Source of the DNA: an uncultured Desulfosarcina sp.
Lineage (GTDB): Bacteria; Desulfobacterota; Desulfobacteria; Desulfobacterales; Desulfosarcinaceae
Reading direction: 5' to 3'
DNA length: 64,000 nt
Assembly: GCA_963674945.2 (NCBI GenBank)
Contig: CAXXWQ010000004.1
Span: 1,952,001-2,016,000, forward strand
The notes under the pieces were generated by a model. That model was not told the DNA's origin and did no database searches. It saw only the letters and a list, made by a program, of their open reading frames with translations. How positions within the stretch are numbered: position 1 is the stretch's first letter; every line of letters starts with the position of its first letter. Shown here piece by piece: positions 19,413-29,554 of the stretch. Both the position numbers and the translations under genes were made by a program.

Positions 19413-20348
19413 ATGGTAAAAAATTCGGTCATCCTCGTGGCGATAGATGGGTCGCCCACGTCCATGGACATGGTATCCTACCTTAGCGAAATCCTGTCGC
19501 CGAATCATGTCAGCGTAGAACTGTTCCATATCATGGCAAGGGCACCCGAACCCTTTTATGATCTGGGTGTCACCGATGAAGCGGCTGATTACGAAGCCGA
19601 AATCAGTCACTGGTCCCGAAAAAACCGGTCGGAAATCGACGAGTGCATGGAAACAGCCAAGAAAAAATTCATGTCTTCCGGTTTTCCGGAAGAGGCCGTT
19701 TGTATTACCATACAAAATCAGCAGATCGGTATCGCCCGGGACATCATCAACAAAGCCAGGCTGGGCTGTTCGGCTTTGGCCGTCGGAAGACGCGGTTTCG
19801 GAACGCTTCCCGATTATATGATGGGCGGTGTTGCGGCCAAACTGGTCGAGACCATCACCCATGTCCCCATTGCCGTCGTGGGGAATCGGCCGGATGCAAG
19901 AAAGATCCTGGTGGCGTTCGATCGCTCCCGTGATATCCAGAAAGGACTCGAACAGGTCAGTGACCATTTCATCCGATCCATCGAAGAAATCTTGCTATGC
20001 CACATTGTTCGCCCCCTGGCTGTTCCCGCCCGTCCCATACAGACATTTTTCACCCAAAACCATGAAATCCAATGGTTGGACGAAAATTCCCGCAAGATCA
20101 TCCCGGCCATGGTCAAGGCGAAACAACGGCTGAAGGAAATCGGTTACGATACGGAAAATTTCCGAACGGAGATAATAAAAGAGAAGACCAGCCGGGCCGA
20201 TGCCCTCGCCAAAGAAGCGGCGGCCATGAATTTCGGAACCATCATCATCGGACGACGGGGCGCCAGCGCCGTAGAGGAGTTCAGCATGGGACGGGTCACG
20301 CGAAAGGTCCTTTCCCTTTGCCTGGAATCGGCCGTGTGGATTGTCTGA
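19413..20348 (+). CDS. Tandem-domain universal stress protein
   Basis: ILVAIDGS...LAVGRRG...MGGVA; second domain KILVAFD...IIIGRRG...MGRV...AVWIV. Confidence 0.9.
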   Translation: MVKNSVILVAIDGSPTSMDMVSYLSEILSPNHVSVELFHIMARAPEPFYDLGVTDEAADYEAEISHWSRKNRSEIDECMETAKKKFMSSGFPEEAVCITIQNQQIGIARDIINKARLGCSALAVGRRGFGTLPDYMMGGVAAKLVETITHVPIAVVGNRPDARKILVAFDRSRDIQKGLEQVSDHFIRSIEEILLCHIVRPLAVPARPIQTFFTQNHEIQWLDENSRKIIPAMVKAKQRLKEIGYDTENFRTEIIKEKTSRADALAKEAAAMNFGTIIIGRRGASAVEEFSMGRVTRKVLSLCLESAVWIV

Positions 20349-20362
20349 CAGCCGCCTTCAAA

Positions 20363-20710
20363 TCACTCCGGCGTCTTTTCCTGGCCGATCATGACCACCG
20401 TCTCCTTTTGACGGGACGGTGGCCCCACAGCCGCTTCCTGGTGCAGGCAGTGCCGGGGGCAAGCCTCTACGCAGACCCCGCATCCGATACAGACATGTGC
20501 ATCGAGAACCCAGCGGCGCAACGGACGCGCCACCTCGATGCAGGCGCTGGGACATTTGACGCCACAAACGCCACAAAAATTGCATCCTTCGATACGATTC
20601 ACCACACGGCCACGTGTATTTGAAAACGGGGGTCTTGCCGTTCGGGGATAGTGCCGGGTGGCCGGCCCGTGAATAACATTCGAGAAAATGTGGGGCGTCA
20701 TCGTAAACAC
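20363..20710 (-). CDS. echF: Ech hydrogenase subunit F (2x[4Fe-4S])
   Basis: PATRHYP, CNFCGVCGVKCP, CIGCGVCVEACP. Confidence 0.9.
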   Translation of the reverse strand: MFTMTPHIFSNVIHGPATRHYPRTARPPFSNTRGRVVNRIEGCNFCGVCGVKCPSACIEVARPLRRWVLDAHVCIGCGVCVEACPRHCLHQEAAVGPPSRQKETVVMIGQEKTPE

Positions 20711-20723
20711 GACGATTCTCCTT

Positions 20724-21800
20724 TCACCGCTCCAGACAACTCATGCATGGGTCGATACTCAACACCACCACCGGAACGTCGGACAGGTAAATACCGGGTA
20801 GCAGTTTGACCAGCACCGGAACGTTGGCAAAAGTGGGGGTCCGGATGCGGACCCGGGCAAGGTGCTTTTCACCCTCGGCCAGAATGTAATACACGACTTC
20901 TCCCCTGGGTTGTTCGACCCTTACGAAGGCCTCTCCCCTGGGTCGGCCACGGACCTCGGCACGGATATCGCCATCGGGTATTTGGGCAAGGGCCTGACCG
21001 ATCAGCCGGATACTTTGATGGACCTCCCCCAACCGGACCATGCATCGGGCATGGCAATCGCCGTCTGTTTCGGTCACCGGTTCGAAATCCAGTTCATCAT
21101 AGGCCGCATATCCGGTCTGACGCATATCCTGGGCGATACCGCTGGCCCGTGCCACCGGCCCTACGGCACCCAGGTCATAGGCCTGATCAGCCGTTAGAAT
21201 GCCCTTCCCCACGGTCCGTTTCCGGATGGTGAAATTATCCCTGAACACCGGTTCGATCCGACGGACCTGGTCCTGGACCCAAGCGAGCTGTTCCATGATC
21301 CATGCGCCTTGACCGGCGTCCATATCCCTGCAGACGCCCCCCACCCGGATGGTTCCGAAGATGACCCGGTTTCCACAGGTCGCCTCCTGAATATCCACGA
21401 CCCGTTCGCGAATTTTCCACATCTGCATGAACAGGCTTTCGAAACCCATGCTGTCGGCAAACAGTCCCATCCATAACAGGTGGCTGTGCAGCCGCAGCAG
21501 TTCACCCCAGATCACCCGGAGATAGCGGGCCCGGGGGGGCACCGCGATTCCCATGATGGTCTCCACTCCCTGACAGTAACAAATGGCATGCAGTACCGAG
21601 CAGATACCGCATACACGCTCTACGACCTGGACCATCTGATGAAAATCACGACTTTGGGCCAGTGACTCCAACCCCCTGTGGAGATAGCCCAGAGCCGGAA
21701 CCGCCTCCATGACGATTTCGTCTTCCACGGTCAGTTTGAACTGAAGCGGTTCGGGGAACACGGGATGTTGAGGGCCGAATGGGATGACCGACCTTCTCAT
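20724..21800 (-). CDS. echE: Ech hydrogenase large subunit E
   Basis: PFGPQHP, HRGLE, ERVCGICS, EQPRGE, RTPT, and DPCMSCLER-stop (no C-terminal extension); 358 aa. Confidence 0.94.
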   Translation of the reverse strand: MRRSVIPFGPQHPVFPEPLQFKLTVEDEIVMEAVPALGYLHRGLESLAQSRDFHQMVQVVERVCGICSVLHAICYCQGVETIMGIAVPPRARYLRVIWGELLRLHSHLLWMGLFADSMGFESLFMQMWKIRERVVDIQEATCGNRVIFGTIRVGGVCRDMDAGQGAWIMEQLAWVQDQVRRIEPVFRDNFTIRKRTVGKGILTADQAYDLGAVGPVARASGIAQDMRQTGYAAYDELDFEPVTETDGDCHARCMVRLGEVHQSIRLIGQALAQIPDGDIRAEVRGRPRGEAFVRVEQPRGEVVYYILAEGEKHLARVRIRTPTFANVPVLVKLLPGIYLSDVPVVVLSIDPCMSCLER

Positions 21801-22210
21801 GCGCCACCTCCAGGTATCGATGGTCGATCATGGGACACGGCGCATGAGACATCCTTCGATGAACCGTCAGTGAAAAAAGGCGTTGTCTTCGTTGTCGCGG
21901 TCAGAAACAGCTTGCAATCGTAATCCAATACCAGCTTGGAAAAACGGATATGGAACAAATCCTGAATCTCGTTTTCGGCCAGGAAAGCGGCAAAGCAGAT
22001 CGGCGATATGCTGGGCACGACATCGGAAAACGACACAGTAAGTCGAAGGTGAAGGGGAACCAACTGTTTATCGAAATGATACAACACCTGTGCCTGGTCG
22101 CTGCCCGTGTTGAGGCCGGACAGGGTCACCAGGCGGTAGCCCTCTGTTTTCAGCCGCGCCACCTCCCCTAAAAGCGTCGAGGTCGTCACGTCCACTACGT
22201 CACCGTTCAT
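21797..22210 (-). CDS. echD: Ech hydrogenase subunit D (NuoC-like)
   Basis: GYRLVT, LYHFD, VPSIS..AFLAENEIQDLF; operon position. Confidence 0.88.
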   Translation of the reverse strand: MNGDVVDVTTSTLLGEVARLKTEGYRLVTLSGLNTGSDQAQVLYHFDKQLVPLHLRLTVSFSDVVPSISPICFAAFLAENEIQDLFHIRFSKLVLDYDCKLFLTATTKTTPFFTDGSSKDVSCAVSHDRPSIPGGGA

Positions 22211-22237
22211 TCAACACCTTCCCCCATGGAACCGGAT

Positions 22238-22720
22238 TTACGTTTTTCGTACAGGTCGTTCCAGACATTGCCTCGCCTGAATCAGTCCGTCGATGATAGC
22301 CTCGGGACGAGGCGGGCAACCCGGCACATAGATATCCACCGGGACAATTCGGTCCACGCCCCCCACCACATTGTACGCCGAGCGAAAGATGCCACCGGAC
22401 AATCCGCAGGCACCCACAGCCATCACCACTTTGGGCGAAGGCATCTGTGCGTACAGGTTGGCCAGCACACGACCGTTTCGGCCGTTGACCGTACCGGTGA
22501 CCAGCAGCAGATCGGCATGGAGGGGATTGCCTACGTTAATGACGCCGAACCGCTCCACATCATATACCGGTGTCAGGCAGGCCAACACCTCGATGTCACA
22601 GCCGTTGCAACTGCCACAATCGAAATGAAGCAGCCACGGCGACCGGCTCCTTGCCCGCCGGACCAGTTTATGAATCCATCGTATGGGCATGGTACTTACC
22701 GACATACAAGGTTTTATCAC
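22238..22720 (-). CDS. echC: Ech hydrogenase small subunit C
   Basis: SPW..DCGSCNGCDIE, GAC, VPGCPPRPEAI. The start is uncertain (22720, 22705 or 22690). Confidence 0.92.
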   Translation of the reverse strand: MIKPCMSVSTMPIRWIHKLVRRARSRSPWLLHFDCGSCNGCDIEVLACLTPVYDVERFGVINVGNPLHADLLLVTGTVNGRNGRVLANLYAQMPSPKVVMAVGACGLSGGIFRSAYNVVGGVDRIVPVDIYVPGCPPRPEAIIDGLIQARQCLERPVRKT

Positions 22721-22729
22721 CTCAAGCGC

Positions 22730-23581
22730 TCACCCGTGATAGCGCCAGATCAGGTTCACCAGGCACATGGATAATCCCACAATCCACCCAGATAACATCA
22801 TCCATCGCCAGTTGAGACGTGCCGTTGCGTTGTCAACGACGATCACGGCACCATAAACGACCATTGCCAACAGGACCATGGGCACGGGACCGGTTGCCCA
22901 GAACAGGCCGCAGTATCCCAACATCAGAACGGTTTCATACCAGTGGCCGATTTCGATCATACCCAGTAGGGGACCGGAAAAATCGGTTAAGACGCCCCTG
23001 ACCAATTCCTGGTGCGCATGATGGCTGGCCGACAGGTCAAAAGGCGATTTTCTCAGTTTAATGACCAGCACCAGGCATAGGGGAAAAAAGAGCAGCGGCA
23101 GTTTCAAAATCAGCGGCGCGTCGTGCAGGAATACCGTTTCGATTGTAAAGGAACCGGTTTCCAGATAAATCCCCACGCCTGCCAAAAACAACAGGGGTTC
23201 ATAGGATAGCATTTGCATCAGCTCTCGATGCGCGCCCAACTGGCTGTAGGGTGAGGTGGATGCCAGGGCACCCATGACCAGAAACACCGCCCCCACCGCC
23301 TGGATAAAGAGGATCAGCAACAGATCCGACTGCATGAAAAACAGCACCAGGGCCAACATGGTGGCAAAGAGGTAGTTGCAGGCACAAAAGGCCTGCCAGC
23401 CGTTGATCACCACCTGTTCTTTGGCAAGCAGCTTGATCACGTCAAAATAGGGCTGCCATAAAGGCGGTCCCACACGCGCCTGACACCGGGCGGTAACGAT
23501 ACGGTCCAGCCCGCCGGCCAATCCGCCCAGCACCGGTCCGGCGGCCACGGCGATTGCCAGGGCCATGATCGGATGGTTCAT
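22730..23581 (-). CDS. echB: Ech hydrogenase membrane subunit B (NuoH-like)
   Basis: DRIVTAR.Q.RVGPP..QP..D..KL, SYEP, KSPFD...HQELV; ATGA overlap with echA. Confidence 0.92.
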   Translation of the reverse strand: MNHPIMALAIAVAAGPVLGGLAGGLDRIVTARCQARVGPPLWQPYFDVIKLLAKEQVVINGWQAFCACNYLFATMLALVLFFMQSDLLLILFIQAVGAVFLVMGALASTSPYSQLGAHRELMQMLSYEPLLFLAGVGIYLETGSFTIETVFLHDAPLILKLPLLFFPLCLVLVIKLRKSPFDLSASHHAHQELVRGVLTDFSGPLLGMIEIGHWYETVLMLGYCGLFWATGPVPMVLLAMVVYGAVIVVDNATARLNWRWMMLSGWIVGLSMCLVNLIWRYHG

Positions 23582-25521
23582 CGTACACCTCCCAAAAAAA
23601 GAACCAGCAGAACCACGGCAATGGTATTGAGCCATACCGTCAAATTCTTTTCACCGAAGATCGAGGTCAGATAGTAATTTTTGGCCCCGGCTTTTACCGG
23701 TTGATCCATGGGACCGTTGAACACGGTAGGAGCAACGGTCTGCTCACCGCACAAATATGGACTCACGCGGCGGCCCCGGCTGGCGTGACGGAAGGCCAAA
23801 ACGGCGACGATACACCCGGCCAGAACCAGAAGACATAGTGGAAAAACGGCGAAACGGCCCACGGCACTTTCCATGACGCCCCCATGAACCATGAAATCCG
23901 CCGAAAATACCCGGCCACCGTTCGCGGCCATGAGTATTATTTCGTACAACCATGGCGCGGCGGCACTGAGACCGGCGGCACCGGCACTCAGGGAAAGTAG
24001 AACCATCCATGTATAAAAAGGCATATGCTCGAACCGATAGGGAATCACGACCGGTTCACTCATCAAGAGTCCGGCCCAACGGGCCCAGTACATTACCGTC
24101 ATCGCACTGCCGGCCACGACCAGGACAATCACTTCCATGTGTGCCGCGGCCGATTCTATGGCCATCCATTTACCGAGCACCATGCCGAAGGGAGGCATGA
24201 TCATCATGAGAACACCGGCAACGGTCATCAGGGCGGTGGTGGGCATGACGCCGTACAGGCCCAGCATGTCCTCGATATCCCGGCTGTGGATATGTTGTTC
24301 GATCGTCCCCACACACAAGAAGAGAAGGGCCTTTGTGACCGCATGAAAAAGCAACAGGTAAACGGCTGCGGTCAGGGAGAAAGACGTATTGATTCCGATG
24401 CAGGCGACGATCAATCCCAGGTTGCTGATGGTGGAATAGGCCAACACTTTTTTACCGTTGTGCTGACCCACCGCCAGTGCCGCCGCAGCCATGAAGACAA
24501 AACCGCCGTAAACGGCCATGCATGGACTTAAAAAAGTGTTATGGAAAAGCGGTGCCAGTCGAATGAGCATGTAAATCCCCGCCTTGACCATGGTACTGGC
24601 ATGCAGTAGCGCTGATACCGGTGTGGGGGCGACCATGGCCCCCAACAGCCAGGATTGAAAGGGGAATTGGGCCGCTTTGACGAATGCGGCAAGGCAGAGC
24701 AATGAAAGAGCCGGCAACAGCAATTTCGCGGCAGGATTGTCGGCGCCAACCATCAACAGACGAAAATCCAATGTCTTCGCCGAAGTTTGGATCAGGACCA
24801 GGGCAAGGACAAAGGAGAGGCCACCGAAACTGTTCATCCATAGGGCGCGAAGAGCAGAATCTGTGGCATCGGTGGTGCGATCGTGGCCGATGAGGCAAAA
24901 TGAGCATAGTGTGGTCAATTCGAAAAAAAAGTAAAGATGGTGAAGTTGGTTTGACAGCACCAGTCCGTTCATGGCCCCTATAAACAATAGCATCATGAAA
25001 AAAAACCGGGGTTGGGCAGATATGGCAAGGGACAGATGACGCTCGTGATTTTGCATGTAGGCAATGGCGTGGAAGCAGACCAGCGGCCCCACCAGATTGA
25101 TGATCAGAATCATGGCGACGGACAGACCATCGGCATGAAAGACAACGGCGTCAACAGGAACGGACGGCGGTGCCAGCAGCTCCAATGCCCCCAGCAAAAG
25201 GATTTGGGCAACGCTTAAAAAAACGACCCTCCGGCTTTTGAATCGGAAACCGAAATAGAGGAAAAGAGAAAGCAGGATCACGTCGGTTGCCGTGATCGTA
25301 CGGTCCAGTAGAACACCGCCCACGTCGGCGGCGGTGAGGATGACCGGTGCGTTCCACACCAGCATCACGGCACCGGCACCCAGCATCAGTCCGGAAAACA
25401 AGATGATTCCATTGCGCAACAACCCCTCATGACGCAGGCTGAGGCATATGAGGGCGGCGAGCAATGGAAGTATCAGACTGGATAAAAAGAAAAAGGCTGC
25501 CATATCAGTCGATAAAATCAT
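23578..25521 (-). CDS. echA: Ech hydrogenase antiporter-like subunit A (NuoL-like)
   Basis: FELTTLCSF, KAAQFPF.SWLLGAMVAPTPVSALLHASTMVKAG, LAYSTISNLG; 647 aa. Confidence 0.93.
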   Translation of the reverse strand: MILSTDMAAFFFLSSLILPLLAALICLSLRHEGLLRNGIILFSGLMLGAGAVMLVWNAPVILTAADVGGVLLDRTITATDVILLSLFLYFGFRFKSRRVVFLSVAQILLLGALELLAPPSVPVDAVVFHADGLSVAMILIINLVGPLVCFHAIAYMQNHERHLSLAISAQPRFFFMMLLFIGAMNGLVLSNQLHHLYFFFELTTLCSFCLIGHDRTTDATDSALRALWMNSFGGLSFVLALVLIQTSAKTLDFRLLMVGADNPAAKLLLPALSLLCLAAFVKAAQFPFQSWLLGAMVAPTPVSALLHASTMVKAGIYMLIRLAPLFHNTFLSPCMAVYGGFVFMAAAALAVGQHNGKKVLAYSTISNLGLIVACIGINTSFSLTAAVYLLLFHAVTKALLFLCVGTIEQHIHSRDIEDMLGLYGVMPTTALMTVAGVLMMIMPPFGMVLGKWMAIESAAAHMEVIVLVVAGSAMTVMYWARWAGLLMSEPVVIPYRFEHMPFYTWMVLLSLSAGAAGLSAAAPWLYEIILMAANGGRVFSADFMVHGGVMESAVGRFAVFPLCLLVLAGCIVAVLAFRHASRGRRVSPYLCGEQTVAPTVFNGPMDQPVKAGAKNYYLTSIFGEKNLTVWLNTIAVVLLVLFLGGVR

Positions 25522-25589
25522 GGATCGATAACACGATGATGTTTGTTTCTCTTTTCAAAATTGAGCGATCAGCCGTCAGCTAATTAGCA

Positions 25590-25604
25590 GCATAAATCAC
25601 GCCA
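25590..25604 (-). promoter_or_regulatory. Sigma54 promoter of the ech operon
   Basis: Minus strand TGGCGTGATTTATGC, 14/15 identical to the site upstream of hydB. Confidence 0.65.
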
Positions 25605-25758
25605 AAACATAAACAACCGATATTTGTGTTTATTTTCCCACAACCACTTCACCTGTCAAAAAAGATCGTCAGAATTGTTTACAGGCTGGAAAAATGTAAA
25701 ACGGTGCGTCGTAATTATCGGTCTCCAATGCCGTGGTTTGATCCATTCATAAAAACGC

Positions 25759-25787
25759 TTGACAGAGATAAGCAGACCTTGTAGTTT
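25759..25787 (+). promoter_or_regulatory. Sigma70 promoter of the aromatic amino acid operon
   Basis: TTGACA-N17-TAGTTT directly upstream of the leader peptide. Confidence 0.7.
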
Positions 25788-25815
25788 GACGCGACTTTTT
25801 GAAAGGGACGGATTG

Positions 25816-25890
25816 ATGCTTCGTTTTTTTACCGGCAGATATTTTTATTTTTATTACTTTTTTAGCAAAGGTCTGCCCGGCGCGCGCTGA
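25816..25890 (+). CDS. Phe/Tyr-rich attenuator leader peptide (MLRFFTGRYFYFYYFFSKGLPGAR)
   Basis: 24 codons including 6 Phe and 4 Tyr, 8 of them consecutive; AAGGGA RBS; lies upstream of pheA. Confidence 0.88.
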   Translation: MLRFFTGRYFYFYYFFSKGLPGAR

Positions 25891-25918
25891 ATGTCCTGAG
25901 AAACCAAAAAGACAAACC

Positions 25919-25953
25919 GAGCCGTGGGCAGACCAAATCCCACGGCTCTTTTT
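25919..25953 (+). terminator. Attenuator terminator hairpin
   Basis: GAGCCGTGGG-N10-CCCACGGCTC-TTTTT. Its 5' arm and loop (GGGCAGACC, 25926-25934) are complementary to GGTCTGCCC (25870-25878) in the leader. A second U-tailed hairpin follows at 25959-25989. Confidence 0.88.
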
Positions 25954-26091
25954 ATGTTAAGGCCGTGGAGAACATCTCCCCGGCCTTTTGTATATCGGAA
26001 ATTGTAACACCTTCTAAGGAACTCGTTCGTCAATACAAATAAATAGAGGCTTCGTATCAAAAGCTTTTTAGAAAGTGAGACAACGCCCCCC

Positions 26092-27204
26092 ATGGATGCG
26101 CCCGAAGAGAAAACCGATAGTACGATGCCCACGGAAATTTGTGATATTCGAGACCAGATCGACAACATCGACAATACTATCCTGGAGTTGATCAATCGTC
26201 GGCTCAACCTTGCAAAGCGGATCGGCGAACTGAAAAAGGACGGCGGCACCCAGGTGGTGGACAGCACCCGGGAGAGTGAAATTCTCAGACGACTCACGGC
26301 CTTGAACAAAGGGCCGTTGAATCCCAACGTGCTGCACCACATCTTCATCGACATCATCGCCGCCGCGCGATCCATACAGGCATCCCAACGCGTCGCCTAC
26401 CTGGGGCCCGCGGCCACCTTCACCCATCTTGCCGCCACCAGCCACTTCGGCTACGCGGTCACCTACGTCCCCCAACCCAGCATCCGGGAAATTTTCAACG
26501 AGGTGGAAAAAGGCGCCTGCGACTATGGGGTGGTTCCGGTGGAGAACAGCGTAGAAGGATCGGTCCGGCACACCCTGGATCTCTTTTTCGAATCAGAACT
26601 TTGTATCTGCGCCGAGCGATACCAGCCTGTCTCCTACGACCTTCTCGCCCAACAGATCAACATCAACGCCATCGCGTCGGTCTACGCCCATTCTCAGGCG
26701 CTGAACCAGTGTCGAAACTGGCTCAATCAGTACCTGCCCGAAGCCACATGCGTGGAGTGCAGTTCCAGTGCCTTTGCCGTAGATCAGGCAACGAAGGACG
26801 AGACGGGCGCGGCCATCGCCGGTGTGGGCGCGGCCGCGATTTTCGGGCTGGAGGCGGTCGCCTCGAAAATCGAAGATTTTTCCCGTCCACCCACCCGATT
26901 TTTGGTCATCGGAAAGGAGAAGGTCCGACCATCAGGACGGGACAAGACATCTTTGATGTTCGCCCTGGCCCATGTACCCGGGGCCCTGGCCGGCGCACTG
27001 GCCCCCATTACCGATGCCGGCATCAACCTGGTCAAGATCGAATCCCGGCCCACGCGCCACGAAAACTGGAGCCACTTTTTCTTCATCGATCTGGAGGGAC
27101 ACATGGAAGAACAGCACATCAAACAGGCCATGGAATCGATCCAGCCTCATACCCTGTACCTGAAAAATCTCGGATCGTATCCGCTGATAGGGGTGGGCGT
27201 GTAG
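26092..27204 (+). CDS. pheA: Bifunctional chorismate mutase/prephenate dehydratase
   Basis: AroQ domain (IRDQIDNID..ILELINRR), VAYLGP, VPVENS.EG, TRF and ACT domain IESRP. Confidence 0.94.
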   Translation: MDAPEEKTDSTMPTEICDIRDQIDNIDNTILELINRRLNLAKRIGELKKDGGTQVVDSTRESEILRRLTALNKGPLNPNVLHHIFIDIIAAARSIQASQRVAYLGPAATFTHLAATSHFGYAVTYVPQPSIREIFNEVEKGACDYGVVPVENSVEGSVRHTLDLFFESELCICAERYQPVSYDLLAQQININAIASVYAHSQALNQCRNWLNQYLPEATCVECSSSAFAVDQATKDETGAAIAGVGAAAIFGLEAVASKIEDFSRPPTRFLVIGKEKVRPSGRDKTSLMFALAHVPGALAGALAPITDAGINLVKIESRPTRHENWSHFFFIDLEGHMEEQHIKQAMESIQPHTLYLKNLGSYPLIGVGV

Positions 27205-27206
27205 TC

Positions 27207-28463
27207 ATGATCGAAATCAGACCCCATCGCATCGGCCATTGCCGGGTCCGGGTACCGGGATCGAAAAGCTATACCCATCGAACCCTTATCGGGGCGGCCC
27301 TGGCCGACGGCACCAGCCGGGTCCACCATCCCCTGCGAAGCCAGGACACGTTGTTGACCCTTTCTGCGCTGCAGAAAATGGGCGCGGTGGTGGATGACCG
27401 GGAGCACTCCGTCGAGATCCAGGGCGTAAACGGCCGGTTCGCCCCATGCGCCGACCCCATCTACCTGGCTAACTCCGGCACATCCATGCGACTTCTCACC
27501 GGCGTGGCGGCCCTGGGCCAGGGGACCTATACACTGACCGGCACCCGGCGAATGTACCATCGACCCATCGGCCACCTGCTTTCCGCCCTGAACCGGCTTG
27601 GTATCGATGCGCGGGCGGTGGACAATAACGACTGTCCACCGGTCACCATTCCGGGGGGACAGGTAAAAGGGGCAACGGTGACCATTAACTGCAGCGTGAG
27701 CAGCCAGTTTCTCTCCTCCTTGCTGCTCATGGCGCCGTGCACGGAAAAGGGGCTAACCATCACCGTCTCCCATGGACCGGTTTCCAGGCCCTACATCGAC
27801 ATGACCGTAAAAATCATGGAACTGTTCGGCATAGAGGTGACGCGAGAGGAGTATACGCGATTTCATGTGGCCGGCAAACAGGTCTATCGTGCCGGCGACT
27901 ATACCGTAGAACCCGATGCCTCCCAGGCCGGATACTTCTGGGGGGCGGCGGCCATCACCGGGGCAGCGGTTACCGTCCAGGGCGTTACCTTGGAATCCAG
28001 CCAGGGGGATGTGAACCTGGCCCGGGTCTTCGAACAGATGGGATGCACCGTGGATTACGACACCGATGGCATCACGGTGACCGGCGGTGAACTTCGGGCC
28101 GTAACCGTGGACATGGCCGACATGCCCGACATGGTCCCCACCCTGGCCGTGGTGGCCGCCTTCGCCCAGGGGACGACCGTTATCGAAAACGTCTCCCACC
28201 TCAAGGCAAAGGAGAGCGACCGGCTGGCATCCACCTGCGCCGAATTGAAGAAGATGGGCATCGAGGCGGTGGCGGAATCGGACCGGCTGCTTGTGACCGG
28301 CGGTACGCCCTGCGGCGCGACCATCGAAACCTACGACGATCACCGCATCGCCATGAGTTTCGCCATGGCCGGCCTCGTTGCGCCCGGCGTAAAGATCCTG
28401 GACCCCGGGTGTGTGGAAAAATCATTCCCCGATTTTTGGGAGGTATGGGAAGACCTCTACTAG
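27207..28463 (+). CDS. aroA: 3-phosphoshikimate 1-carboxyvinyltransferase
   Basis: [40 protein letters not shown]; true start at ATG 27207. Confidence 0.96.
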   Translation: MIEIRPHRIGHCRVRVPGSKSYTHRTLIGAALADGTSRVHHPLRSQDTLLTLSALQKMGAVVDDREHSVEIQGVNGRFAPCADPIYLANSGTSMRLLTGVAALGQGTYTLTGTRRMYHRPIGHLLSALNRLGIDARAVDNNDCPPVTIPGGQVKGATVTINCSVSSQFLSSLLLMAPCTEKGLTITVSHGPVSRPYIDMTVKIMELFGIEVTREEYTRFHVAGKQVYRAGDYTVEPDASQAGYFWGAAAITGAAVTVQGVTLESSQGDVNLARVFEQMGCTVDYDTDGITVTGGELRAVTVDMADMPDMVPTLAVVAAFAQGTTVIENVSHLKAKESDRLASTCAELKKMGIEAVAESDRLLVTGGTPCGATIETYDDHRIAMSFAMAGLVAPGVKILDPGCVEKSFPDFWEVWEDLY

Positions 28464-28473
28464 GAGAATACCT

Positions 28474-29553
28474 ATGTCCAGCACATTTGGAACATTATTG
28501 CGAGTATCCACATTCGGTGAGTCCCACTGCAAGGGGGTGGGGGCGATCCTGGACGGGTGCCTGCCCGGCATGCAGCTTGGCGAATCGGACATCCAGGCCC
28601 AACTGGACAGACGGCGCCCGGGACAGAGCAAGCTCTCCACCGATCGCCAGGAAGCAGACCGGGTGACGATCTTTTCCGGTGTGGAAAACGGCCTCACCCT
28701 GGGGACCCCCATCGGCCTCTTCGTGCCCAACAAGGACCAGCGACCCGGCGATTACAGGGAAATGAGCAAGGTCCCCCGCCCATCCCACGCGGACTACACA
28801 TACCAGGTGAAGTACGGCATCCGGGCATCTTCGGGCGGCGGCCGGTCCAGTGCCCGGGAGACCATCGGCCGGGTGGCGGCCGGGGCCATCGCGGAGAAAA
28901 TGCTCCGGGAGGCCCATGGCGTCGAGATTGTGGCCTGGGTCAGCGCCATCGGTGAGATCTGCGCCGGTGCCGTGGACGTACTGACCATCAACCGCGACAT
29001 GGTGGACCACACCCCGACCCGATGCCCCGACGCGGCGGCGGCCGATAAGATGGAACAACTGGTCGCCAGCACCAAGGAGAAAAAAGACAGCGTGGGCGGA
29101 ATCGTCACCTGCACATGCAGAAACGTTCCCGCCGGATGGGGCGAACCGGTCTTCGACAAGATGGAGGCAAAACTGGCCCATGCCATGCTCTCCATTCCCG
29201 CCACCAAGGGATTCGAGATCGGCTCCGGTTTTGCCGGCAGTCGCCTGACGGGCTCGGCGCACAACGACTCATTCACAGCCAAGGGCGACCGGCTGGGTAC
29301 CGCCACAAACAACAGCGGAGGCATCCAGGGCGGCATCTCCAACGGTGAACCGGTGATTTTCAAAGTGGCATTCAAACCGCCGGCCACCATCGGATTGGAA
29401 CAGGAAACGGTGGATTTCGACGGCAACCCGGTCACCCTTGCGGCCAAGGGAAGGCATGATCCGTGCGTCGTTCCCCGGGCCGTGCCCATCGTGGAGGCCA
29501 TGGCTGCACTGGTGTTGGGGGACTTAATGTTGAGACAAAAAATGAGATCGTAA
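28474..29553 (+). CDS. aroC: Chorismate synthase
   Basis: [39 protein letters not shown]. Confidence 0.97.
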   Translation: MSSTFGTLLRVSTFGESHCKGVGAILDGCLPGMQLGESDIQAQLDRRRPGQSKLSTDRQEADRVTIFSGVENGLTLGTPIGLFVPNKDQRPGDYREMSKVPRPSHADYTYQVKYGIRASSGGGRSSARETIGRVAAGAIAEKMLREAHGVEIVAWVSAIGEICAGAVDVLTINRDMVDHTPTRCPDAAAADKMEQLVASTKEKKDSVGGIVTCTCRNVPAGWGEPVFDKMEAKLAHAMLSIPATKGFEIGSGFAGSRLTGSAHNDSFTAKGDRLGTATNNSGGIQGGISNGEPVIFKVAFKPPATIGLEQETVDFDGNPVTLAAKGRHDPCVVPRAVPIVEAMAALVLGDLMLRQKMRS

Positions 29554-29554
29554 C

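Noticed and set aside
26601..27206. Apparent 200-aa N-terminal extension of AroA (620-aa ORF); likewise the 31077-31421 extension of the dehydratase
   Set aside because: They overlap pheA and tyrA in another frame; family homology begins at ATG 27207 and ATG 31422.
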